Assembly: GCA_964036045.1 (NCBI GenBank)
Contig: OZ038378.1
Span: forward strand, 76,260,001-76,324,000
Direction of reading: 5' to 3'
Source of the DNA: Eutreptiella sp. 'Long Island Sound 2002'
Taxonomy: Eukaryota > Protista > Euglenida
DNA length: 64,000 bases
The position numbers and the translations under genes were made by a program. Shown here piece after piece: positions 36,120 to 49,057 of this stretch; position 1 is the first letter of the stretch, and each line of letters starts with the position of its first letter. Under the pieces are notes generated by a model. That model did no database searches. It saw nothing but the letters and a program-made list of their open reading frames with translations, and was not told the DNA's origin.

Positions 36120-37200
36120 CCCTGATGACCAGAAATATTCCTTCGCAACACGGCTGAACAGGTCAGCTGGATTCAACTCACTCTGTGTCCAATGCAATCA
36201 CACCGTGCACCACCACCCACTTATAAGCCACATGTTGCAGGAGTCTATTCTGTACACAAGACCTACAGATGCCTTGCCATTGGCATTTGCAACACCACCA
36301 AGTAATCACTAACCAGGTTAAGCACAAGCCAACCCACCGTATACATGAAGTGCAGCACAGACTCAAAGGCTACCAACTCCACAATTTGCCAGTAACACAA
36401 ACAGGGGGAGACAACGTTTGAACGCCCCCCCCCCCCATCTCCCCGTACCCACAGACTCATGCGCCAGCTGCTCATCTCGTGCGCCAGCTGCTCATCACGT
36501 GCCCCATTGATGAAGACATAATGCTTCCGCAACGTAGTTGGCATCCTGAACAAGGCAGCAATACACTGCCTAAGAGCATACACGATGGGGAGCACCTACC
36601 AATGCAGCAGCAACAGGGGTATGCGGCAAGCGTGCTGAGGCACCCACAAGACATGAGACCACGAAGACGACAAGAACGGGGGCAAACCCCAACTGGGACG
36701 ACCTGCCCAAATCAAGCGGCCTAGCAACCTGAATAGGTCCCTCCACACGCAATACTGAACTGAAAGAAAGAGCAAGCACGCAAGCAACCCCATCCAGTTA
36801 TTTGCTACCATGTCCATGATACCTGTCATAAAATTAAAATGCTTACCCAGCCAGACTATCACTGGAAAAAGGTTCAAGTGTACTTTTAGGGCTGAAGATG
36901 ACCACCTCTGCAATTAAAACACGCACAATGGCCACTATGCATTTCACATTCAACTCACCAAACCCAATGAACAAAATGCCATCACAATACATCAATACCA
37001 CAGCCTTCCTCAGCCCTGCCCACCCCACCAGCCAAATTGGCACTGTTGACAAATGATAGGGCTAAATGCCACACCGAATGACAGGGAATGGAACCCAAAG
37101 GTTTGCCCTGCAACGTCAACCCTGAAACAATGATCAGAGCTAACGGGTAATTTCAAAGACCAAAAAACAAAACTTAACCTCACAAATGATTCAACTTGCA
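36120..37200 (-). mobile_element. DIRS-like retrotransposon RT-RNase H remnant
   Basis: FWSLKLP..HCFRVDVAGQTFGFHSLSFGVAFSPIICQ, VLMYCDGILFIG, SPKSTLEP, WLGK, then VQNRLLQH and WTQSELNPADLFSRV; frameshifted. Confidence 0.7.
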
Positions 37201-37227
37201 ACAAGCTGATAGTCTGGGAATATCATA

Positions 37228-37928
37228 CCGGGCAAACCTTTGAAATTTGCGCAACTCTCATTTTTGCGTATGAACCTTGCCAATAATTAATTATTTTTTT
37301 GCGATTTTTGTGGCATTTGCGCAGCAGAAAATTGGAAAAACAACACCTGTTAGCTGAAAATTAATTAATTTTTTGCGTTTGTTTTAAGTTTTGCATCTCT
37401 GGCTATTCCACTCTGGTTTCTTCTGTATGCCCGTTGCCGCTGCCTTTTGGGGTTCACGTTGCAAAGCACTGCTGCACATACACATACACATCAACTTTGC
37501 TCCAGTTGACTCTGGGATTGGAGTCCATGACACAGATAAGCACCAAGAAGGAGGATGATCACATGAGGACCAATCACACCGATTGTCATAAATGCGTTTT
37601 ATAACAAAGGGATTGGAAATGCATGACTTGCAAAAACTGGTCCTTCAAAATTGAAAATTGGAAATTGGAAGAAATGTTGCATGGTGAACATCGGGAAGAG
37701 GGTGCTGTAGGCAGAGGGTGGAAATTGCTGCTCCATTCAACTATGTGTACGCAATGCCGGACAGAATTAATCAATCTTTTGCGATAAACCTAATTTTTGC
37801 GCACTTTTCCGATTGTCGTTCTATAATTAATTAAAATTTGGAGGTTTTTTTATTTTTGCGTTAACCTAAAATTCGACGCGTGCCGCCCTCGGAATTAATT
37901 AGCTTTAAAATTCCCAAAGTTTGCGCGG
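37228..37928. mobile_element. 701-bp MITE with TA target duplication (Tc1/mariner-type)
   Basis: TA|CCGGGCAAACCTTTGAAATTT ... AAATTCCCAAAGTTTGCGCGG|TA; the empty site GAATATCATACAAAAT occurs in each array spacer (e.g. near 42190-42205). Confidence 0.85.
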
Positions 37929-37930
37929 TA

Positions 37931-39103
37931 CAAAATCATAGTATGATACAAAATTGTTCAACATGGCACCATTAGCCGCCGAGACATTCAAGATAACATG
38001 TTGAATCCAAACCTGTGGTCTACATGGTGCACACATGCTGAGACTGGCCATTGCCAGGCACATAGGCAACGCTTAAGGCACGCAACATGGCGCCACCAAG
38101 TGCTAACCGATCCACTGCATCTGCAAAACACATCACCACAAGGCGCCATCAATCCCATGCTTGCTATGGTTGGCGCCGCAAGGCGTCCTCCATGCTGTGT
38201 CCCTTGGAATTCCGGACTTGTGTACACTCAATGAAATGAGAAACATCCATCAGAATCGACAGAGTCCAGAGTCTACAGACCACATCGATTCTATACTTAA
38301 ATGCACTCCAGCTGTTGGTGTTCGACCAATTGAAAAGGAACAATCACTGCCCCGTTCCAACTGGATGTCAAAATCTTCTGCCATTGGTGTATCCAAGGTG
38401 TATGTTGTGATTGACTTGACAGCTTCTGCGGGGTACTCAGGGGATCCTACACCACCACCTCATCATTCTCCTAGGCAACCAAATAGGGCGAAGACAAGAG
38501 GGTGGAGTCAGCCAAGCCTGCCACAGGCATGGCACCTTGAACACTTGCTAAAATTCAAACTCTATTGCACCGCTGGGTGAGAAAAGAAAAACCCGGGCTC
38601 ACACTATCCTTTGGGCTCTATTTGTGGGCGGTTCATCGAATTCGGTGAATCACATTCGATGATCTCTATAGGCTCTCTTGAAGATCGGAGGCAGAGGAAA
38701 TGGATTGCAATACGGAGGTGCGACATTGCAACTATATTGGGGTGAGGCTATTCTTCACCCTCCCATCTTCCGCCGAATCGTTAACTTGTTAATTGCCATA
38801 CACAACCATGTAAGATAGAATGTGTCCCCACTTGACATCCATAGCCATGCATTATAGCAAGCCTAGCACCTTTAACCTTCGACCAAAGACCTGAATCAGC
38901 AACACGCCCGATGGACCCAATGCAACTGTGGTGACGCCATTTGGCTGCACCCCCCGATACACGGCTGCACTGGGCTACGGCTTCTGTAGACAGAGATACC
39001 AAATCCAAGTACCCATCCAATCACACCATGGTTTTTGAAAGAGCCATCGGTATACACCCCATTTATCCTTGAGCGAGGAACAGATTGGGTAGGCCAAATT
39101 ACT
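37931..39103 (-). mobile_element. 3' fragment of an RNase H-bearing LINE (copy 1)
   Basis: INGVYTDGSF (RNase H) near 39050, GLWSKVKG, CRL..MDVSHFIEC zinc-knuckle-like near 38260; similar to 53699-54900. Confidence 0.65.
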
Positions 39104-40248
39104 ATACAAAAATTGGGCATATGCCCCGGGATACAGCGCAGATATCCGGGTCATTAGGCCCAATTCTTATACCCAGGGCATTAGGGCCCGGGGATATCCG
39201 CAGATATCCGGGGCATATGACCCGGGATCCTTGCGCGCAACCCTACCCTCGCCCTTGATGCCTCAACACTTCAAGTGGAACAAATCCGAGACACACTTTC
39301 TCTCATGGTGCTTCAAGTAAGCTCTCTACAAACATGGAATATAGGCACATATAGATGGTCTATTGGGAGCCAATCATGTCTCTGACACAAGATTCGCAGG
39401 CCCAGGAACCAAACTTCGGAGGAAACCTGAGCTTGGCACAAGACATATGGTACACAACATGGCAAATGTCACACGTGACCGATCGTTGGCCACCAACTGC
39501 ATTCTTCTTAATGGCATAATCACAACGGTAACATTGCATTTCCTTTTTCACTTGCACTTCCTTTTTCACCTTTTTTTGGGTTGCTCTTCAAATGCAGTCT
39601 GGGCAAAAGGAGATGGAATACTGGACAAATCTTGACTTACTGGGGGCCTTGGCAGGTGTTGCTAGGGCAGCCCATGCATGAGAACGGTACATCTCACGTT
39701 CATATACAATGCTCTCTTTCTCATTGATCACATATATAGAAGGTTCTTTCTCACTCAATTGTGTCAACGGGAAGGTGGCATACTCCTCCTCCGCTGTTAG
39801 ATCAATGACGATCTTCGGAGAGGATGGAGAAGGTGTCCTATCCTTCCGTTTCTTCTCTACTTTGACTGGACTGAGGCTAATACACACGACCTCACGCTAG
39901 TGGCATTTGTTTGTGTTGATTTCTACATGTGCTGAAATTGCTACGCGCCATTTGCCCTACCACCTGACGAGAGAGAGACCCATCGTTCGATAAATTGAAA
40001 AGATATTAGACGCCTTCTCTTCCTTAGCTCATTGGAACCGCCTCGGAAAGGCAGCTTCATTGATTGGTCACAACCCGAGGTGATTCTGTTGTTCGCGGTG
40101 ATTAATCTACAAATTTGATGATTTGCTACATGCCCCAGGGATATCAGCAGATGTCCGGAGCATATGACCCAAGATATCACCGCTGCTGTATCCCGGGTCA
40201 TATGCCCCGGATACCTGCGGATATCCTCAGGCCCATGCCCCGGATATA
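39104..40248. mobile_element. PHD-carrying foldback element, copy 1 (left hairpin collapsed)
   Basis: CCCGGGGCATATG/GATATC modular inverted ends, TA flanks. Confidence 0.7.
39360..39569 (-). pseudogene. PHD finger ORF (C4HC3), copy 1
   Basis: CYRC..CDIC..YHMSC..WACESC; out of frame with the upstream 99-aa ORF. Confidence 0.8.
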
Positions 40249-40899
40249 AGCTTTTTTAGGCTACTCCAGCCCCTCAAGCTACAATCGACACCACAATCAA
40301 TTCAGAGGTGCATTTGTAGTTTGATGGTGTTGACTATGAAAAAGATGTCGGAACGGTGTGCAATGCTGGCACCCGCTTGGCCAACCATGGTCCTCACCCT
40401 AAACTGGTTCGGTCATGCAATACAGCTGAGCCCTCCATGAATGCTGGGGTTTCCTTGCCCCATGTCCACAAAGCTGAGTTAGAGTGCCTATGTTTCTTCC
40501 TCTTTCGATGCTCCCCACCCCCCCATCACTGAAAAATGTGCTATATATGCATGTAGTTGGCCCGCAGCTTGATCAGGTAGTTGCTAAACTCACGTGTACA
40601 AATGATTGCAACTTGGAATGAGATGGATGATAGTGTTTTGAGTGGGGTACCAACGCCAAGACCTCCACACTACCGTTGGCCACGGTGTGTGTAGGAGCCC
40701 GGTCGTGGTCACAATGGAAGACAATTCAAGACTGAGCACACTAATTGAAAGTCCATTTTCATAATTTGGGGAGGGCAGTTTGCTGGGGAACATTGTGGTC
40801 GTGGCTGGTGTGGAAAACAAAGGTGCATGAACGTGTATCTCATCAGGAGGAATAAGAAAAGAAGGCGTGCGTGACTTTAGGCTTTGGAGGCACATCACG

Positions 40900-42130
40900 G
40901 CTGCGAGGAGAACGCAAAATTGCTTGCGGGTTGAGAGCGGGGGGGGGGGGGGGGGTTGTGTGTAGAAGGGGTGCATGAGCCTACCCCGCTCTGTTGATTG
41001 ACCTAGCTCAAATGCGCCTTTAACCTGGCCCTCTTTATTTTCTTGAAGGTATTTTATACCAAGCTCACCACGGGTAAGTGGCTTCAAGAATTGAATAGGA
41101 AGCAATGGATGCTTGAGAGTACCAAAACTTTCCTCAATGGCTCGATGACTCAATGGCAACCATACAATCAGTCCCACCGGGGCTGGCTGCAACACGTGCC
41201 ACTCTACCAACAGTAGATCGCAAATTGTAAATGCGATATCATCAATAACATGATCTTCCAAACAGCGGGACATGACTTTGCTAGCAATGACTAACTGCTT
41301 GCAAGAATGCAACACATGCTCATGTGACACTAGTACATTACACATTGGACAAAATCTTTGCTCTTTCAATCAAGGGGACTATCGGGGCGGGGTTTTGATT
41401 TTACCCCACAAGGCCATCCGCACCAACTCAAAGACCATGGTAGTAAGAAAATGGCTCTCAACACAACTATCCGATTGTCTTACCTCCACAATGGTTTGCG
41501 TATTGAGCCAATGCTGCATGGATCCAAACACCCAGCATCTATGCAGCTCATGTCTAGAGGAGAACGGTGTGGCACCTTTTGCTGCTTGGTTTGCTGGCAC
41601 GTGCATGAAAATTGGTCATAAACCGCAGGCAAAAACGGCGGTAGTCCAACCCCAATCAAAGGTTGGCCATCAGCCACCACTTGACATGCAAGCATGGTAC
41701 CCACCTTTGCAAATTGTGGCAAGCAATATGTGTGTATGATCATCTGCACATATGGCATTCCGCCAAATGGACATCCTCTCAGGAGAGTAACCGGGCGGCA
41801 GGAACACAAGTATACCACGGCGCAATCGGGCAACCATTTGGCATGCAATGCCCAAGACGGCATCGGAGCATACGGAGCACAACCCAACGGCAATAGAAAT
41901 AAGTCCTTCGGCCCACGACATATACCACTGTACCATACCAATGCTGAAACGCCTTCCTAACTACCGGGGCACAAAACTCGCCTCAATGTGGCATGCCCTC
42001 AGTTCACCTTGCAGCCCCTTGCCGCGTTGCTTGCAACTATTGAAGATTCCACGATACGGACACACACATATCAAAAGAACCTCAAAAAATGGTGGCAAGA
42101 AATGCAAATGCCTTGTTGCCTCAAAATCAC
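40900..42130 (-). mobile_element. Decayed L1-like ORF2 3' fragment in spacer 1
   Basis: VRMALWGKIKT..RFCPMCNVLVSHEHVLHSC zf-RVT; carries a 169-bp deletion at 41157/41158. Confidence 0.65.
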
Positions 42131-42255
42131 AACCAAAATCAAAACTTAGCCTCAGAAATGAATTAACCTACAATAGTCTGATAGTCTGGGAATATCATAC
42201 AAAATGACCGCATCATACAAAATTGTTCAACATGGTGCCGAGACATTCAAGATTA

Positions 42256-43479
42256 CACAAAAATTGGGCCTATGACCCGGAAATCTGCGCTGTATCCCGG
42301 GGCATATGCCCCCGATATCGACCGTAGGGATCGTAGGGAGATATCCGGGGCATATGCCCCGGGATACAGCGCAGATATCCGGGTCATTAGGCCCAATTCT
42401 TATACCCAGGGCATTAGGGCCCGGGGATATCCGCAGATATCCGGGGCACATGACCCGGGATCCTTGCGCGCAACCCTACCCTCGCCCTTGATGCCTCAAC
42501 ACTTCAAGTGGAACAAATCCGAGACACACTTTCTCTCATGGTGCTTCAAGTAAGCTCATTACAAACATGGAATATAGGCACATATAGATGGTCTATTGGG
42601 AGCCAATCGTGTCTCTGACACAAGATTCGCAGGCCCAGGAACCAAACTTCGGAGGAAACCTGAGCTTGGCACAAGACATATGGTACACAACATGGCAAAT
42701 GTCACACGTGACCGATCGTTGGCCACCAACTGCATTCTTCTTAATGGCATAATCACAACGGTAACATTGCATTTCCTTTTTCACTTGCACTTCCTTTTCC
42801 ACCTTTTTTTGGGTTGCTCTTCAAATGCAGTCTGGGCAAAAGGAGATGGAATACTGGACAAATCTTGACTTACTGGGGGCCTTGGCAGGTGTTGCTAGGG
42901 CAGCCCATGCATGAGAACGGTACATCTCACGTTCATATACAATGCTCTCTTTCTCATTGATCACATATATAGAAGGTTCTTTCTCACTCAATTGTGTCAA
43001 CGGGAAGGTGGCATACTCCTCCTCCGCTGTTAGATCAATGACGATCTTCGGAGAGGATGGAGAAGGTGTCCTATCCTTCCGTTTCTTCTCTACTTTGACT
43101 GGACTGAGGCTAATACACACGACCTCACGCTAGTGGCATTTGTTTGTGTTGATTTCTACATGTGCTGAAATTGCTACGCGCCATTTGCCCTACCACCTGA
43201 CGAGAGAGAGACCCATCGTTCGATAAATTGAAAAGATATTAGACGCCTTCTCTTCCTTAGCTCATTGGAACCGCCTCGGAAAGGCAGTTTCATTGATTGG
43301 TCACAACCCGAGGTGATTCTGTTATTCGCGGTGATTAATCTACAAATTTGATGATTTGCTACATGCCCCAGGGATATCAGCAGATGTCCGGAGCATATGA
43401 CCCAAGATATCACCGCTGCTGTATCCCGGGTCATATGCCCCGGATACCTGCGGATATCCTCAGGCCCATGCCCCGGATA
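42256..43479. mobile_element. PHD-carrying foldback element, copy 2
   Basis: About 57-bp imperfect TIRs at 42403-42461 and 43423-43479, each bounded by TA, plus a 137-nt hairpin at 42262-42398. Confidence 0.75.
42593..42802 (-). pseudogene. PHD finger ORF, copy 2
   Basis: Same C4HC3 pattern as copy 1. Confidence 0.8.
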
Positions 43480-44149
43480 TAAGCTTTTTTAGGCTACACC
43501 AGCCCCTCAAGCTACAATCGACACCACAATCAATTCAGAGGTGCATTTGTAGTTTGATGGTGTTGACTATGAAAAAGATGTCGGAACGGTGTGCAATGCT
43601 GGCACCCGCTTGGCCAACCATGGTCCTCACCCTAAACTGGTTCGGTCATGCAATACAGCTGAGCCCTCCATGAATGCTGGGGTTTCCTTGCCCCGTGTCG
43701 ACAAAGCTGAGTTAGAGTGCCTATGTTTCTTCCTCTTTCGATGCTCCCCACCCCCCCCATCACTGAAAAAAGTGCTATATATGCATGTAGTTGGCCCGCA
43801 GCTTGATCAGGTAGTTGCTAAACTCACGTGTACAAATGATTGCAACTTGGAATGAGATGGATGATAGTGTTTTGAGTGGGGTACCAACGCCAAGACCTCC
43901 ACACTACCGTTGGCCACGGTGTGTGTAGGAGCCCGGTCGTGGTCACAATGGAAGACAATTCAAGACTGAGCACACTAATTGAAAGTCCATTTTCATAATT
44001 TGGGGAGGGCAGTTTGCTGGGGAACATTGTGGTCGTGGCTGGTGTGGAAAACAAAGGTGCATGAACGTGTATCTCATCAGGAGGAATAAGAAAAGAAGGC
44101 GTGCGTGACTTTAGGCTTTGGAGGCACATCACGGCTGCGAGGAGAACGC

Positions 44150-45530
44150 AAAATTGCTTGCGGGTTGAGAGCGGGGGGGGGGGGCGGTTGTGTGTAGAAG
44201 GGGTGCATGAGCCTACCCCGCTCTGTTGATTGACCTAGCTCAAATGCGCCTTTAACCTGGCCCTCTTTATTTTCTTGAAGGTATTTTATACCAAGCTCAC
44301 CACGGGTAAGTGGCTTCAAGAATTGAATAGGAAGCAATGGATGCTTGAGAGTACCAAAACTTTCCTCAATGGCTCGATGACTCAATGGCATGCAAAAATT
44401 CAGTGACTTGAGAATAATAGTGAGGGTTCTTCTGTGCACACATCGGATTTGGCATAGGTATCCATAGTGAGAGGTATTCGCCCCACCTTGCATGTGAGGC
44501 CATTTGCAAACAGGTGATATGTAACACACACCATACCTACTAAGATGCTCGTCTTGCCAACCATACAATAAGTCCCACCGGGGCTGGCTGCAACACGTGC
44601 CACTCTACCAACAGTAGATCGCAAATTGTAAATGCGATATCATCAATAACATGATCTTCCAAACAGCGGGACATGACTTTGCTAGCAATGACTAACTGCT
44701 TGCAAGAATGCAACACATGCTCATGTGACACTAGTACATTACACATTGGACAAAATCTTTGCTCTTTCAATCAAGGGGACTATCGGGGCGGGGTTTTGAT
44801 TTTACCCCACAAGGCCATCCGCACCAACTCAAAGACCATGGTAGTAAGAAAATGGCTCTCAACACAACTATCCGATTGTCTTACCTCCACAATGGTTTGC
44901 GTATTGAGCCAATGCTGCATGGATCCAAACACCCAGCATCTATGCAGCTCATGTCTAGAGGAGAACGGTGTGGCACCTTTTGCTGCTTGGTTTGCTGGCA
45001 CGTGCATGAAAATTGGTCATAAACCGCAGGCAAAAACGGCGGTAGTCCAACCCCAATCAAAGGTTGGCCATCAGCCACCACTTGACATGCAAGCATGGTA
45101 CCCACCTTTGCAAATTGTGGCAAGCAATATGTGTGTATGATCATCTGCACATATGGCATTCCGCCAAATGGACATCCTCTCAGGAGAGTAACCGGGCGGC
45201 AGGAACACAAGTATACCACGGCGCAATCGGGCAACCATTTGGCATGCAATGCCCAAGACGGCATCGGAGCATACGGAGCACAACCCAACGGCAATAGAAA
45301 TAAGTCCTTCGGCCCACGACATATACCACTGTACCATACCAATGCTGAAACGCCTTCCTAACTACCGGGGCACAAAACTCGCCTCAATGTGGCATGCCCT
45401 CAGTTCACCTTGCAGCCCCTTGCCGCGTTGCTTGCAACTATTGAAGATTCCACAATACGGACACACACATATCAAAAGAACCTCAAAAAATGGTGGCAAG
45501 AAATGCAAATGCCTTGTTGCCTCAAAATCA
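44150..45530 (-). mobile_element. Decayed L1-like ORF2 3' fragment in spacer 2
   Basis: zf-RVT motif CPMC..EHVLHSC, as in spacer 1. Confidence 0.65.
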
Positions 45531-45656
45531 CAACCAAAATCAAAACTTAGCCTCAGAAATGAATTAACCTACAATAGTCTGATAGTCTGGGAATATCATA
45601 CAAAATGACCGCATTATACAAAATTGTTCAACATGGTGCCGAGACATTCAAGATTA

Positions 45657-46880
45657 CACAAAAATTGGGCCTATGACCCGGAAATCTGCGCTGTATCCCG
45701 GGGCATATGCCCCCGATATCGACCGTAGGGATCGTAGGGAGATATCCGGGGCATATGCCCCGGGATACAGCGCAGATATCCGGGTCACTAGGCCCAATTC
45801 TTATACCCAGGGCATTAGGGCCCGGGGATATCCGCAGATATCCGGGGCATATGACCCGGGATCCTTGCGCGCAACCCTACCCTCGCCCTTGATGCCTCAA
45901 CACTTCAAGTGGAACAAATCCGAGACACACTTTCTCTCATGGTGCTTCAAGTAAGCTCATTACAAACATGGAATGTAGGCACATATAGATGGTCTATTGG
46001 GAGCCAATCATGTCTCTGACACAAGATTCGCAGGCCCAGGAACCAAACTTCGGAGGAAACCTGAGCTTGGCACAAGACATATGGTACACAACATGGCAAA
46101 TGTCACACGTGACCGATCGTTGGCCACCAACTGCATTCTTCTTAATGGCATAATCACAACGGGAACATTGCATTTCCTTTTTCACTTGCACTTCCTTTTC
46201 CACCTTTTTTTGGGTTGCTCTTCAAATGCAGTCTGGGCAAAAGGAGATGGAATACTGGACAAATCTTGACTTACTGGGGGCCTTGGCAGGTGTTGCTAGG
46301 GCAGCCCATGCATGAGAACGGTACATCTCACGTTCATATACAATGCTCTCTTTCTCATTGATCACATATATAGAAGGTTCTTTCTCACTCAATTGTGTCA
46401 ACGGGAAGGTGGCATACTCCTCCTCCGCTGTTAGATCAATGACGATCTTCGGAGAGGATGGAGAAGGTGTCCTATCCTTCCGTTTCTTCTCTACTTTGAC
46501 TGGACTGAGGCTAATACACACGACCTCACGCTAGTGGCATTTGTTTGTGTTGATTTCTACATGTGCTGAAATTGCTACGCGCCATTTGCCCTACCACCTG
46601 ACGAGAGAGAGACCCATCGTTCGATAAATTGAAAAGATATTAGACGCCTTCTCTTCCTTAGCTCATTGGAACCGCCTCGGAAAGGCAGCTTCATTGATTG
46701 GTCACAACCCGAGGTGATTCTGTTGTTCGCGGTGATTAATCTACAAATTTGATGATTTGCTACATGCCCCAGGGATATCAGCAAATGTCCGGAGCATATG
46801 ACCCAAGATATCACCGCTGCTGTATCCCGGGTCATATGCCCCGGATATCTGCGGATATCCTCAGGCCCATGCCCCGGATA
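45657..46880. mobile_element. PHD-carrying foldback element, copy 3
   Basis: Near-identical to copy 2; PHD ORF 45994-46203 has a Y-to-S change after the first Cys. Confidence 0.75.
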
Positions 46881-47549
46881 TAAGCTTTTTTAGGCTACTC
46901 CAGCCCCTCAAGCTACAATCGACACCACAATCAATTCAGAGGTGCATTTGTAGTTTGATGGTGTTGACTATGAAAAAGATGTCGGAACGGTGTGCAATGC
47001 TGGCACCCGCTTGGCCAACCATGGTCCTCACCCTAAACTGGTTCGGTCATGCAATACAGCTGAGCCCTCCATGAATGCTGGGGTTTCCTTGCCCCGTGTC
47101 CACAAAGCTGAGTTAGAGTGCCTGTGTTTCTTCCTCTTTCGATGCTCCCCACCCCCCCATCACTGAAAAAAGTGCTATATATGCATGTAGTTGGCCCGCA
47201 GCTTGATCAGGTAGTTGCTAAACTCACGTGTACAAATGATTGCAACTTGGAATGAGATGGATGATAGTGTTTTGAGTGGGGTACCAACGCCAAGACCTCC
47301 ACACTACCGTTGGCCACGGTGTGCGTAGGAGCCCGGTCGTGGTCACAATGGAAGACAATTCAAGACTGAGCACACTAATTGAAAGTCCATTTTCATAATT
47401 TGGGGAGGGCAGTTTGCTGGGGAACATTGTGGTCGTGGCTGGTGTGGAAAACAAAGGTGCATGAACGTGTATCTCATCAGGAGGAATAAGAAAAGAAGGC
47501 GTGCGTGACTTTAGGCTTTGGAGGCACATCACGGCTGCGAGGAGAACGC

Positions 47550-48930
47550 AAAATTGCTTGCGGGTTGAGAGCGGGGGGGGGGGGGGGGTTGTGTGTAGAA
47601 GGGGTGCATGAGCCTACCCCGCTCTGTTGATTGACCTAGCTCAAATGCGCCTTTAACCTGGCCCTCTTTATTTTCTTGAAGGTATTTTATACCAAGCTCA
47701 CCACGGGTAAGTGGCTTCAAGAATTGAATAGGAAGCAATGGATGCTTGAGAGTACCAAAACTTTCCTCAATGGCTCGATGACTCAATGGCATGCAAAAAT
47801 TCAGTGACTTGAGAATAATAGTGAGGGTTCTTCTGTGCACACATCGGATTTGGCATATGTATCCATAGTGAGAGGTATTCGCCCCACCTTGCATGTGAGG
47901 CCATTTGCAAACAGGTGATACGTAACACACACCATACCTACTAAGATGCCCGTCTTGCCAACCATACAATCAGTCCCACCGGGGCTGGCTGCAACACGTG
48001 CCACTCTACCAACAGTAGATCGCAAATTGTAAATGCGATATCATCAATAACATGATCTTCCAAACAGCGGGACATGACTTTGCTAGCAATGACTAACTGC
48101 TTGCAAGAATGCAACACATGCTCATGTGACACTAGTACATTACACATTGGACAAAATCTTTGCTCTTTCAATCAAGGGGACTATCGGGGCGGGGTTTTGA
48201 TTTTACCCCACAAGGCCATCCGCACCAACTCAAAGACCATGGTAGTAAGAAAATGGCTCTCAACACAACTATCCGATTGTCTTACCTCCACAATGGTTTG
48301 CGTATTGAGCCAATGCTGCATGGATCCAAACACCCAGCATCTATGCAGCTCATGTCTAGAGGAGAACGGTGTGGCACCTTTTGCTGCTTGGTTTGCTGGC
48401 ACGTGCATGAAAATTGGTCATAAACCGCAGGCAAAAACGGCGGTAGTCCAACCCCAATCAAAGGTTGGCCATCAGCCACCACTTGACATGCAAGCATGGT
48501 ACCCACCTTTGCAAATTGTGGCAAGCAATATGTGTGTATGATCATCTGCACATATGGCATTCCGCCAAATGGACATCCTCTCAGGAGAGTAACCGGGCGG
48601 CAGGAACACAAGTATACCACGGCGCAATCGGGCAACCATTTGGCATGCAATGCCCAAGACGGCATCGGAGCATACGGAGCACAACCCAACGGCAATAGAA
48701 ATAAGTCCTTCGGCCCACGACATATACCACTGTACCATACCAATGCTGAAACGCCTTCCTAACTACCGGGGCACAAAACTCGCCTCAATGTGGCATGCCC
48801 TCAGTTCACCTTGCAGCCCCTTGCCGCGTTGCTTGCAACTATTGAAGATTCCACGATACGGACACACACATATCAAAAGAACCTCAAAAAATGGTGGCAA
48901 GAAATGCAAATGCCTTGTTGCCTCAAAATC
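47550..48930 (-). mobile_element. Decayed L1-like ORF2 3' fragment in spacer 3
   Basis: zf-RVT motif as above. Confidence 0.65.
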
Positions 48931-49057
48931 ACAACCAAAATCAAAACTTAGCCTCAGAAATGAATTAACCTACATTAGTCTGATAGTCTGGGAATATCAT
49001 ACAAAATGACCGCATCATACAAAATTGTTCAACATGGTGCCGAGACATTCAAGATTA

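Noticed and set aside
38400-38425. Second VVIDLT SIM-like motif on the plus strand
   Set aside because: It is antisense to the LINE remnant and probably chance.
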